Positions 12,290 to 23,309 of a stretch of 64,000 nucleotides of DNA are shown here, in pieces. Below the pieces are notes generated by a model. The model saw only the letters and a program-made list of their open reading frames with translations. It was not told the DNA's origin and made no database searches. Position 1 is the stretch's first letter. Every line of letters starts with the position of its first letter. Source of the DNA: Takakia lepidozioides. Its lineage: Eukaryota > Plantae > Bryophyta. The DNA lies in NCBI GenBank assembly GCA_030704615.1, contig CM060734.1, positions 24,242,001 through 24,306,000 of the forward strand, written 5' to 3'. Made by a program: the position numbers and the translations under genes.

Positions 12290-13516
12290 CTGCTGAAGCC
12301 GGTTGGCCATGCCTTGGTCAACACCCTGACCTCCGCGTCCTTGGCCACGTTGAGCTTGCCCTTGGCCTGCACCTCGTGGCTGGCCACCTCGTCCCTCTGG
12401 GCTGCTCCACCTCGCCCCCGGCCACCATTGTTCCCTTGGAACTGGCCTGGGCGCAACTCAGGATGCAAACCATAACACTGAGCCTCTCCATGCCCGTGTT
12501 TGCCACAATGCCCACACTGTAACTGTGCAGGCTGTGCATGTGCCGGCCCTTTGCCTCCCTCTGGACAATCCTTCTTGACATGGGGTCCTCCACATGTCCA
12601 GCATACCACATCCGCCCGTTGTTGGCCAGCAAATAAAGGGAGAGACCCCTGCATCTGAGGTCCTCTCTGCCCTTCCCTGAGCTTCACCTGAGCCCCCTTG
12701 TTGCCTTGAGCACGTTGAGGTGGTGGTTGGCTAGGAGCACCACTACCCCGTGGTGTCTCCTTAGCAAATCCCACCATGACCACTCGTTCCTCCACCATGT
12801 TGAGCTCTATCCGCTCTGCCAGCAAAACACATTGCTAAGGTGGGTTGGGCCGCTTGTAGGAGAGTTGCATCCCGCACCCTTCTCCTCAGCTCCTTGTCCA
12901 ATATCCCATACCAGAATTGGACTGCCTGAGCTTCCGTAACCCCTTGGGTTACATTTATCAAGCGCCTCATGCGAGTAAAAGCCTCCCTCAAGCTCTCGGT
13001 CGACTTCCGTTGGAACTCTTGCAAGCTCCGCAACTTCTCTGTCCTCACCCCTTGGTAGTTCCCTCTCAACTCTTCGAAGAACTCCACAACAGGGTTGAAG
13101 GCAGGCACGGGTGCTAGTGCTGGCTGCGGTAGTGGCTTGGGTGGATGTCGTAGCTACTGTACCACCAGTCCCACTGCTACTGCTGAAGCTGCCGGTGCAG
13201 CGGCAGGTGTAGCTACTGCCCTCGTGGCTCTAGTGCCCCTAGTGATGGAGACATAGTCGGGTGACCAGTACATCCTCCACTCCTCGATCTCAACCTCATG
13301 CCCCCGCCTGAACTCATGGTAATCATCCATAGGCGGCCCCTCAAGGTGCTGAAACAGCCCTTTCCATGCCATGAACGGCGTAAATAGTTGTGGATTGCGC
13401 ATTTGCTGCAAATCACACCAACTATCAAACTCTTGGATAAAATCATCCAACTCAATGGTGCCCACCGCCCCAGAGTACCTTCGTGGCCCCTTGGTAGCTC
13501 CATACATCTCCTCCAT
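12290..13516 (-). CDS. gag: gag of G-DNMT, frameshifted as assembled
   Basis: FQRKSTESLREAFTRM major-homology-like region; zinc knuckles CWTCGGPHVKKDC and CGHCGKHGHGEAQC. Confidence 0.8.
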
Positions 13517-14454
13517 TGTGTCCCACAACAATGGCAAAGAAACAACTTGCACCGCCGGTATGAGTCCTCCCGATTCACAATCCGAATCAAACCTTCCGTA
13601 GATAGAAGACAGGAGGTGAAGGTGGCCTAAACCGCACACCTCGTCTCGTGTACCCACTAGTATCGCTAGTGCTCGAACCGGCACTGTCCCCAGCAACTAG
13701 TGGCACCTCCGTGTTGACACTCAACCGGTCATGAACATGTCCCTAACCCCCTCTTCACAAGGTAACCGGGTAGAGAACCTGTTGCGGCTTATGGTTTGGA
13801 ATACTAAGTTCCTAACATAGCCTACACCTGTACCTGCATCCACCACAAGCACTCCTATGGTTGGCTGGTCATCACCTCCAACCTCACCACAGGGAGAAAC
13901 AATGATGGTCTGGCTGGTCATCACCCCAGCCTCACCATCGACAGCATGCTCTAGGACTGGCCGGTGATCAAATCCACCAATCACCTATAAAAACAAGCGC
14001 CCACACAAAACTAGCATGGCGCACAGTCAAGCATGCAGGTATGGAGGGGATCCAAACACAAGAAATCAGATCGACAACTCCCCACACCAAAAACAACTCC
14101 ACGGTGTTGCTCCTGCAAGGACACCCCAGCCCAAACCCGGACTGACTCTTGCCTCCACCTACGGAAAGGTCTTGGCCTAATGAGAGGGTGGAAACTACGA
14201 GGAAGAGAAGCTAAAGCAATGCCTAACCCAGCATGCTCTCATCCCAACACTCTGCCTCTCCTCTCTATCCTCACTTGCATGACCATGGGAATATCATGAA
14301 GATACTCCTCAAACCGCCCTCCACGAGCTTCAAAATTCGGCCTTCCAGACCACATCCAGTCCTTAGGCAGTCCACCAGTGCCTCCACGAGTCAGCACAGG
14401 CCGTCCACAGGTCAACACGGGCCACCACAGACCAGCACAGGCCCACACAGCTCA

Positions 14455-16785
14455 CTGGTCACAGCCGTCACAGTCCCACAGGCCACTGGGCACAGCCTGT
14501 CGCAGCCACTCACAGCCTGTCACAGCCTCAAAGGCCTCAGGCACGGCCTGTCACAGCCCCTCACAGCCCCTCACAGCCTCAAAGGCCTCAGGCACGGCCT
14601 GTCACAGCCCCTCACAGCCGTCACAGCCCCAAAGGCCATGGGCACGGCTGTCACAGCCCCTCACAGCCCGTCACAGCCCCAAAGGCCTCAGGCACGGCCT
14701 GTCACAGCCCCTCACAGCCCTCACAGCCCCAAAGGCCATGGGCACGGCCTGTCACAGCCCCTCACAGCCCATCACAGCCCCAAAGGCCATGGGCACGGCC
14801 TGTCACAGCCCCTCACAGCCTCACAGGGCACAGGGCACAGCCTGTCACAGCCCATCACAGCCCATCACAGCCTGTTACAGCTTGCCACAGCCCATCACAG
14901 CCCGTCACAGCCTCAAAGGCCTAGGGCACGGCCTGTCACAGCCCCTCACAGCCCCTCACAGCCTCAAAGGCTCAGGCACGGCCTGTCACAGCCCCTCACA
15001 GCCCGTCACAGCCCAAAGGCCATGGGCACGGCCTGTCACAGCCCCTCACAGCCCCTCACAGCCCCAAAGGCCCCAGGCACGGCCTGTCACAGCCCCTCAC
15101 AGCCCGTCACAGCCCCAAAGGCCATGGGCACGGCCTGTGTCACAGCCCCTCACAGCCCGTCACAGCCCCAAAGGCCATGGGCACAGCCTGTCACAGCTCC
15201 CAAAGCCTGTCACAGCCCGTCACAGCCCCATAGGCCTCAGGGCACAGCCTGTCACAGCCCGCACAGCCCGTCACAGCCCCAAAGGCCACTGGACACAGCC
15301 TGTCACAGCCTGACACAGCCCGTCACAGCCCCACAGGGCACAGGGCACACCCTGTCACAGCCCATCACAGCCCATCACAGCCGGTCACAGCTTGCCACAG
15401 CCTGTCACAGCCCGTCACAGCCCCACAGGCCACTGGGCACAGCCTGTCACAGCCCGTCACAGCCCGTCACAGCTCGCCACAGCCTGACACAGCCCGTCAC
15501 AGCCCCACAGGGCACAGGGCACAGCCTGTCACAGCCCCTCACAGCCCGTCACAGCCCCAAAGGCCTCAGGCACGGCCTGTCACAGCCCGTCACAGCCCCA
15601 AAGGCCACGGGCACAGCCTGTCACCAGCCTCGCACAGCCCATCACAGCCCCAAAGGCCACTGGGCACAGCCTGTCACAGCCTGAAAGCCCGTCACAGCCC
15701 CACAGGGCACAGGGCACACCCTGTCACAGCCCATCACAGCCCCATCACAGCCGGTCACAGCTTGCCACAGCCTGTCACAGCCCGTCACAGCCCCACAGGC
15801 CACTGGGCACAGCCTGTCACAGCCCGTACAGCCCATCACAGCTCGCCACAGCCTGACACAGCCCGTCACAGCCCCACGGGCACAGGGCACAGCCTGTCAC
15901 GCCCCTCACAGCCCGTCACAGCCCCAAAGCCTCAGGCACGGCCTGTCATAGCCCGTCACAGCCCCAAAGGCCACTGGGGCACAGCCTGTCACAGCCTGAC
16001 ACAGCCCGTCACAGCCCACAGGGCACAGGGCACAGCCTGTCACAGCCCATCACAGCCCATCACAGAATGTCACAGCTTGCCACAGCTGTCACAGCCCGTC
16101 ACAGCCCACAGGCCACTGGGCACAGCCTTCACAGCTTGCCACAGCCCATCACAGCCCATCACACAGCCTCAAAGGCCTAGGGCAAGGCCTGTCACAGCCC
16201 CTCACAGCCCTCACAGCCCAGGCCTCAGGCACGGCCTGTCACAGCCCCTCACAGCCCGTCACAGCCCAAAGGCCATGGGCACGGCCTGTCACAGCCCCTC
16301 ACAGTCCGTCACAGCCCCAAAGGCCCCAGGCCACGGCCTGTCACAGCCCTCACAGCCCGTCACAGCCCCAAAGGCCATGGGCACGGCCTGTCACAGCCCT
16401 CACAGCCCGTCAAGCCTCAAAGGCCTCAGGCACGGCCTGTCACAGCCTCACAGCCAAACCACAGCCCCAAAGGCCTCAGGCACAGCCTGTCACAGCCCGT
16501 CACAGCCCAAAGGCCACTGGGCACAGCCCTGTCACAGCCTGACACAGCCCGTCACAGCCCACAGGGCACAGGCACAGCCTGTCACAGCCACATCACAGCC
16601 CATCACAGCCTGTCACAGCCCGTCACAGCCCACAGGGCACAGGGCACAGCTGTCACAGCCCCGCACAGCCCGTCACAGCCCCAAAGGCCACTGGGCACAG
16701 CTGTCACAGCCTGACACAGCCATCACAGCCGTCACAGCTTGCCACAGCCCGTCACAGCTTGCCACGCCTGTTTCACAGCCCCACA
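14455..16785. repeat. ~2.3 kb minisatellite of (G/C)TCACAGCC(C) ~10-bp units in the G-DNMT 5' leader
   Basis: Well over a hundred TCACAGCC-type units with higher-order blocks separated by AAAGGCC...GGCAC. Confidence 0.95.
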
Positions 16786-17280
16786 CATGGCCGCTCTGGC
16801 AGTTTAGCCATTTCTCCAAGGGGTTTAGCCACGCCAAGCTAGGGTTTGTGTCTCTTGGACTCTAGGCTTCTTTCCACCGAGCTATGGTGGTGTGAGGAAA
16901 TCAGCAAGGTATCCTTGCTCTTTCGGCTCCCACACACCACCATAAGTAGCCCTAAGCCATGAGGTGGTTGCCACAAACCAAGCCTTCTTTCTCACTTAGC
17001 CTCCCCAAACACGCCACTAAACTCAATGGCAAACAACCAAGCCTGCTGGTTCCCAGCCCTTGTGAGCACTCATTCAAGCACTCCCCTCATTGGCCATAGC
17101 ATCTGTCTTAGAGCCTATCCAGCCCTCTACACCTGTTGCTTCAAGAGTTGCGCCACTTCAAGCTGAAGTTGAACCCCAACTCACATAGGCCCTACAAGTG
17201 CTGTTCTTTCACTCCAAGTGGAAACCAGCCCTAGACCTTCCGTTCTAGCTCTCTAAGGCTTGAAAACAAGAGCCTCAATG

Positions 17281-17620
17281 GGCTGAAGGCATGCTCCACA
17301 CATGCCCCCACTCTACCATAAGAGAATCAGCTCCTTTGCTTCATTTCTGCACCCACAACCTGATAATACAAGCTTCAGCAGGCTGAAAGCATGCTCTACA
17401 TGCCCTACAGGGAAACCAGCCCCTCCTTCCTTTCTTGCACTCCCACACCTAAAAGTGCAAGCCTTCACCAGGCTGATAGCATGCTCCACACATACATTGC
17501 CCTCACATAAGGGAAGTCAGCCCTTCCCTCTTCCTTGCTTGCCCTCCAAGCTTGAAGATGGAAGCTTCAATGAGCTGAATACATGCTCCACACATGCAAC
17601 CCTTCACACAAGAGATATCA
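17281..17620. repeat. Degenerate ~95-100 bp tandem repeat, 4 copies
   Basis: GCTGA...CATGCTC.ACA recurring at ~17282, 17382, 17472, 17574. Confidence 0.6.
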
Positions 17621-18297
17621 GCCCCCTATCTTGGCTCCTTGGCTCCTTGATGCTCTCTAAGACAAGACTAAGCACTCCAAGCCCTTGCCAAGCTCCTGAA
17701 AACCCTAAGGCTTACATTTCCAGCCACAAGACACTTCTCTTGTGGTGCAAAGAGCTCTTCTTCCAAGCTCTGAAACCCTAGGTGCACATTCCATGGCCTT
17801 GCCGCACCTCTTAGCTCCTGTTCCAGCCCTGCTCTTGCCATGACAAGAGCCCTCTCAATGCTGAAGCTCAAGATTGAAACCCAATCTCACCATACTCCAC
17901 AAAGTGCACTGATTTGCCCCAAGCCAAATCAGCCCTTTCGCTTGGTCTTGCAATCCTTCACACAATGACAGCTCGCATTCCCAAGTCCAGTTCTCAGCTT
18001 TGCCACCAAAGCCACTATAACCTGCTCTTGACTGGTCCTCTTCCCAATCGTGCTTGCTCATGCATGTACACAATCTGAAACCATCAAGGTGCTCTGGAAT
18101 TACCTACAGTATGGTGCTTTCATCTCTGAAGCTGAAGATCGAATGCCAAGGTTTTACCGCCTCGTAACCCACATCGCCTCCGCTTCTAACAACCAAGAGC
18201 TCCACGGTGCTCCTTGCATAACAACTTGGTTTCTCTCATTCTCAAGCAAAAACCACAAGTGCTACAACTAACTCGTATCTAGCACTCATAGATACGA

Positions 18298-18313
18298 GCT
18301 CATCTTTCTCGAG
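18298..18313 (-). promoter_or_regulatory. Putative self-priming primer binding site
   Basis: CTCGAGAAAGATGAGC directly after B1; exact reverse complement lies inside B (18479-18494 and 5813-5828); no TGG tRNA-type PBS present. Confidence 0.7.
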
Positions 18314-18640
18314 TGATAAAGAGGAAGAATACAAGCACGAGCTCATGCGAGCTCACAAAGCTGAAGCATAAACTCATGCATATATAACCTCATCACTCAA
18401 ATACAAGTCAAGCCAAGTGCACCCCACGCCATGGGGAATCCACACTACGGCGCCATAGCTAGGCGCGGTGAGGCTCAACTCGAGAAAGATGAGCCTCCCG
18501 CGCTTGCCGTGAAGATAACCACTCCAGGGCCTAAATCTGCCTTGACCCCTGGATTGACACTTGGGCCAATCCCAAATGTCAATATGTAAAAGATAGCTAT
18601 TTCCTAGCTAGTTTCACACTAGTGGTAAAATAACTTGACA
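18314..18640 (-). repeat. Terminal repeat segment B1 (5' end of G-DNMT)
   Basis: TGTCAAG...TTTATCA; copy of 5648-5974; lacks segment A. Confidence 0.95.
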
Positions 18641-18880
18641 AGGAAAGGACAGCATGCAGGACAAGGTATGGCTCGTACGAATTTTGGGTGATGCCTTTTG
18701 GGCTCACCAACGCGCCAGCAACCTTTAGCACCCGATGAACTGCCTCTTTCAGGAGTGGTTGGATGACTTTGTGATCGTGTACATCGACGACATCTTGGTG
18801 TACTCGAAAACGAAGGAAGAGCATCTACAGCACCTCAAAAGGGTGTTCCAGAAATTACGGCACGAAGGGAAGTTGTATGC
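18641..18880 (+). pseudogene. pol: G1 reverse transcriptase, continuation, truncated
   Basis: [26 protein letters not shown]...VYIDDILVYS. Confidence 0.9.
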
Positions 18881-18884
18881 TAGT

Positions 18885-19232
18885 TGCCTACCTTGCAAGT
18901 CTTGGCGACCACCGCCTCCACCAAGCGGCTGATGGAGTCTTCGCACAACTCCATGGTCGCCCGAGTCATGTTCAATTGTCGGGGTTTCGTGCACTTCTTG
19001 GCCATGTGCCCATGCTACCCGCAATTAAAGCACACCCCATCAAAGGTCGTCTTCTGTCCGCCATGAGCTGACGCACCTGATTTTCCTTTCAGAGCACCGG
19101 GTGTCGCCTTGACGTGCGAAGGCCCTCCCTTTGATTTCCATGCTCCATTGTGGCCGCGTGGCCTATCCCACTTTTTTTCCGGTCGGAATGAGTCACCCTC
19201 CCGCCGAGCCTTCTTGTGGTTCAACTCCGTAC
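18885..19232 (-). pseudogene. gag: Inverted gag C-terminal fragment with zinc knuckle
   Basis: FDGVCFNCG*HGHMAKKC CCHC knuckle after a basic linker; this part of gag is absent after 3680. Confidence 0.7.
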
Positions 19233-19309
19233 GGCATTGTCTTTGTGCACCAAATTTATTGTTGTGTGCATGTGCAAATTTTGCACCATGCCTTGGTTAC
19301 ATTGGTTCA

Positions 19310-20597
19310 TCACATCTCTATCTCTAACCATTGCTGGAACAATGCTTGTCGCATGGTAGTGCCTGCATGCTCCGCCCGTTTTTCCCCCAGAACAATAGCA
19401 AGCGGAGGCACATTAGGATTGTTGTCATTGTTCAAATGGTCATGTGGCAATTCTCCTCGCCACACCTCCCCATTATCGATGCAAAAATTGTGCAATACGC
19501 AACATGCTATAATCGTTTGTGGTGCATACGGTACTGCAACGTTTAATTCCTGCAAGATCCTCCACTTGTTTTTCAACATGCCATAAGCATTCTCGATTTT
19601 AACCCTTTCTTTTCGTAGACATTTGTCATTCTGGTCACTTGTGCCAATGGCCTGGAATGATGAGGTTTTTGAACCCCCGTTCGAATTGGATATGCTGCAT
19701 CCCCCACAAGAAAAGGAGGCCATTCTGCGTCACCCACTCTAAGGAGCGGTTCTTTCCTGATTACTCTAGTTATCAATTTTGCCACAACGAACTGCATCTA
19801 AAATGTGGCATAATGCGTTCCAACGGTCGATTCACACACACATCCCAAAAAGCGTCTGTTGTGGGTCACATGACACCTTGCATCAATATAGAGAACCCGC
19901 CTTTATGACAAAAATAATAAGCGGGCACATATTCAATCTGGTTGTCGGCCACAAAGGAATGTGGGATCCATCAAATACTACCCAACTTACGAACTCCTTT
20001 GTTAGTTCTCAAAACATGCAATGATATGTCCTCTAATATTCTCTGGTAGGCCAAATATGGACATTGACGGTACAAGTGTGTTGCAAGATATGAATTGACG
20101 GTACAAGTGGGTTGCAAGAACAGCAGTAATAAGTTTTGTATAATCAGTCACAGTTGATGGTCCTACCCCCATAAGATCGGCCACTTTTCTCACTGGCAAG
20201 TTGTGTGCGAGTCTAATCAAACAAGGGCTACTGCGCGTAGGGTTCTCATGGTAGTGATTTGCTTTTCAATGAACGGTGTCAACAGGCTCACCAATTTCTA
20301 GAAGTTGATACGAGTCATACGGTATTCTTTTTTCCACCGTGAATCGAGCATGTCGTCTCCAAGCTCTGGCCAAATTCGACAATGGATGGTCTCCCACAAA
20401 ACATATTGTCTGGGTAGTTTCCACCAAGCTTTGTTGCATCTCCGTCTCTTTTTTCTTCTCTCCAAAGTCTTGCAAGCCATGGCAGCAAATATACATAATG
20501 TAAATAGAATAAAAGAAGAAACCCCTCCAAGCTCATCTTCACCCACATCTGAGCCAAAGATTAACCAAAAAATCAGATAAATATGCATCATGTACAC
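19310..20597 (-). pseudogene. PIF/Harbinger transposase (DDE_Tnp_4 type), degraded
   Basis: YRMTRINF, HTH VADLMGVGPSTV, DGSHIPL, LVGDAAYP, RVKIENAYGMLKNKWRIL...IIACCVLHNFCI; several frameshifts. Confidence 0.9.
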
Positions 20598-20953
20598 CTA
20601 GTACTAACTGTCATAAACAGCTTGTACACTTAGTACTCTCCAGTATCTCTCTCATAAGCTTGTACTCCTAGTACCTGCATAACTCATAAGTGTACCAGCA
20701 TGTACACATAGTACGAGCAGAGCTCTCCCGAAAACAGAGGCGAAATCCCTTGCTTGGGCGTGGCTAAACTCAATGTTGCCTCACATATGTATATCACGTT
20801 TGAACATGTTGCACCGTCCGTCCCGTCCGTCCCCCCTTCACGCGTGCAGAGGGCCCGCCACTATGGCTGGACGGATTTACGTCGTGTGAACCTGCCTTGA
20901 AACCAGGAAGCATTTACATGGGTTGCCAGACTTTGATGTTGGCCTGAACGTGT

Positions 20954-21034
20954 AGGGTAAGGGCCCCACGCGCGGGCCGTCACACATTTAAGCCACTGGT
21001 CACTCAGGCGGCCCGCGCGTGGGGCCCTTACCCT
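20954..21034. repeat. Perfect 26-bp inverted repeat with a 29-bp spacer upstream of the Harbinger transposase
   Basis: AGGGTAAGGGCCCCACGCGCGGGCCG (20954-20979) and its reverse complement (21009-21034). Confidence 0.9.
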
Positions 21035-21404
21035 GCGTAAAGGCTCCTCGAATAAAATCTCGCCACGTGTCACTTCTTTTAGGCGCCCAAATTTCTTGTA
21101 GGCTTCTTCCCCCTTGCTTGTTTCCAGCTCCTTTGGTTTGTCCGTTGTTTGCTTCGTTGTTAGTTGTTTCACGTTGTTTTTGCAGGATTTGGTCGTATTT
21201 GATTCTGGTTCATCGTTTGGTGTGTTTTCTTGTTGCATTTGTCGATGAAGTCGGAAGAATCTTTAGAGAGTTCTCATAAAAAGTTTGGACGTCATATGAG
21301 CGTGCTGGATTTGAATTATCCATTGCTCAAACCTTCTTTGGTGATGTAAATTGCCTTCGATTGACGATGCTATGAAATGTGTTGTTGCTACTTTTGTAGC
21401 ATTT

Positions 21405-21500
21405 TTCGCAACGACGCAATGGCGTGAGCGCGCGAGCGTACGCTCACGCAGGAGTGACGTGGCGTGAGCCTGCACCCACTCTGACGTGGCTTGAGCGTCG
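21405..21500. repeat. Subterminal GCGTGAGC-rich region of MULE-like element D
   Basis: AACGACGC...GCGTGAGC...GAGCGTACGCTCAC...TGACGTGGCGTGAGCC, homologous to 55375-55500; both lie downstream of homologous transposase genes. Confidence 0.75.
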
Positions 21501-21927
21501 AGGATGGTCCTATGACCGTGGAATTAATGCATGGAATCTTGCCTAAATAGAATCAAGTGCTACCATAGGCCTACAATTGTAGCATCCAACAACTTGTGCA
21601 ATTACAAATGCTTGTTCACTTTACAATTACGAGGACGAGAAAAATATCCTCACAAAGTGTGCGCCATAGAGGCTGCCACGGAAGACCTTCCCTCCCTCCT
21701 CAATAACAATGAGAATTAGGATCAACTTCAAAAGATGATTGTAGTGCATAGCGACAGCAAGACATGTAGACTTCGAAAGGTGCAATGACAAATGTGCTTT
21801 TAAAAGTTGCCACTCAGAGCTCACTCCGTATAGTTGGAGGCCATATCATTGCACACCGCCGACGAATTGATGTGAATTACACATTTCAAATCATGGTCGT
21901 CCACATACCAACATTGCATAGTTGATG

Positions 21928-22809
21928 CTACCCATGTGTTGTATCCCGCTGCAATAGAGTATCGACCTCGTTGAAACTCATAGTGGCCTGGTGAATGAAG
22001 TTGTCACGTTTGGGATCGCAAACCATCCTCTTCAAAAATATGAAATACAAATGTTTGCAGGGTATGAATTTACCCTCTTGCCCAAACTGGTTGATAGCAT
22101 ATTCACAAAATCAGGACATGTGCAATGGGGAAATTGGAAACCGTGATGTCGTAGGTCATGTCATGAACAGCAGATGTGGAAGTGATGATTGTGACTACTC
22201 GACCATATCCTGGATCGGGTACTTCCTGGTGCTTCCCAACACGAGCTTGGAGCATTCTTGCGGACTCCACTTTGCCAAAGTGTTCAGCGGTTGGAGGGAA
22301 ACGCCGAACGAGCTTTCCATCTCGTTTGGTTTGGCCACAAGTCAGGATTTGCGGGGGGGCCCCGGGAGCCAGAAGTAGTAGCACATGCATGGAGTTGGGG
22401 TTGTCTTGCAAGGAAAAGCCTGCCTCCTCCTCCATTCAATCTCCTGAAATCTGAGATGTGTTTCCCCACCTTCACGGCCAAACGGTTTGGAGGAGATGGG
22501 TTCATCACTACGGAAGGACGCACATTTTCCATGCACACATCTGGCACAATACCTGCGCAGAATCATAACTTGTGGTTCTGGCTTATGGTTGACCGTATGG
22601 ACGCATCAAACCCGTAAAGAGTCGGACAGGAGTTCGGGCACCACCTCTGGAGTAAGATGAAGTGCACTTCTCGAACTTAGTTGCCCTGATCGCTGTACAT
22701 TTCACACGAACCCTACACTTGTGTGTTCTATGTACCAAACGTGTCCGGGGCATGTGGACTCAAGCACATCAAGGGGTTTGTTTCTCTCCTGCACCATTTC
22801 ATGGCCTGT
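21928..22809 (-). pseudogene. C-terminal SWIM part of a MULE-like transposase (element D), cut by the gap
   Basis: GKLVRRFPPTAEH...VPDPGYGRV...CTCPDF...FIPCKHLYF...FIHQATMSFNEV; highly similar to 56032-56900. Confidence 0.88.
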
Positions 22810-23309
22810 NNNNNNNNNNNNNNNNNNNNNNNNNNNNNNNNNNNNNNNNNNNNNNNNNNNNNNNNNNNNNNNNNNNNNNNNNNNNNNNNNNNNNNNNNNN
22901 NNNNNNNNNNNNNNNNNNNNNNNNNNNNNNNNNNNNNNNNNNNNNNNNNNNNNNNNNNNNNNNNNNNNNNNNNNNNNNNNNNNNNNNNNNNNNNNNNNNN
23001 NNNNNNNNNNNNNNNNNNNNNNNNNNNNNNNNNNNNNNNNNNNNNNNNNNNNNNNNNNNNNNNNNNNNNNNNNNNNNNNNNNNNNNNNNNNNNNNNNNNN
23101 NNNNNNNNNNNNNNNNNNNNNNNNNNNNNNNNNNNNNNNNNNNNNNNNNNNNNNNNNNNNNNNNNNNNNNNNNNNNNNNNNNNNNNNNNNNNNNNNNNNN
23201 NNNNNNNNNNNNNNNNNNNNNNNNNNNNNNNNNNNNNNNNNNNNNNNNNNNNNNNNNNNNNNNNNNNNNNNNNNNNNNNNNNNNNNNNNNNNNNNNNNNN
23301 NNNNNNNNN
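22810..23309. other. Assembly gap (500 N)
   Basis: Run of N; adjacency of the two flanks is not guaranteed. Confidence 1.

Larger units (their letters stand above)
5460..18640 (-). mobile_element. Ty3/gypsy retrotransposon G-DNMT with DNMT3-like and PHD domains and split terminal repeats
   Basis: TG...CA ends; 4-bp TSD AGGA (5456-5459 and 18641-18644); removing it restores G1 RT in frame ([17 protein letters not shown]); domain order gag-PR-DNMT-RT-RH-IN-PHD. Confidence 0.92.

Noticed and set aside
14233-16865. Long ORFs (483, 311, 367 aa) of low-complexity Ser/Gln/Pro/His
   Set aside because: They arise from the stop-free strand of the TCACAGCC minisatellite, are open in several frames, and are antisense to the element.
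5460-18640. DIRS/Ngaro/PAT classification suggested by split repeats and a methyltransferase
   Set aside because: No tyrosine recombinase seen; an HHCC+DDE integrase, a protease and a 4-bp TSD are present; the methyltransferase is C5-type rather than the DAM-like type of DIRS.
21240-21400. Possible start of the Harbinger Myb/SANT partner gene
   Set aside because: Too short and no recognisable motif before element D begins.
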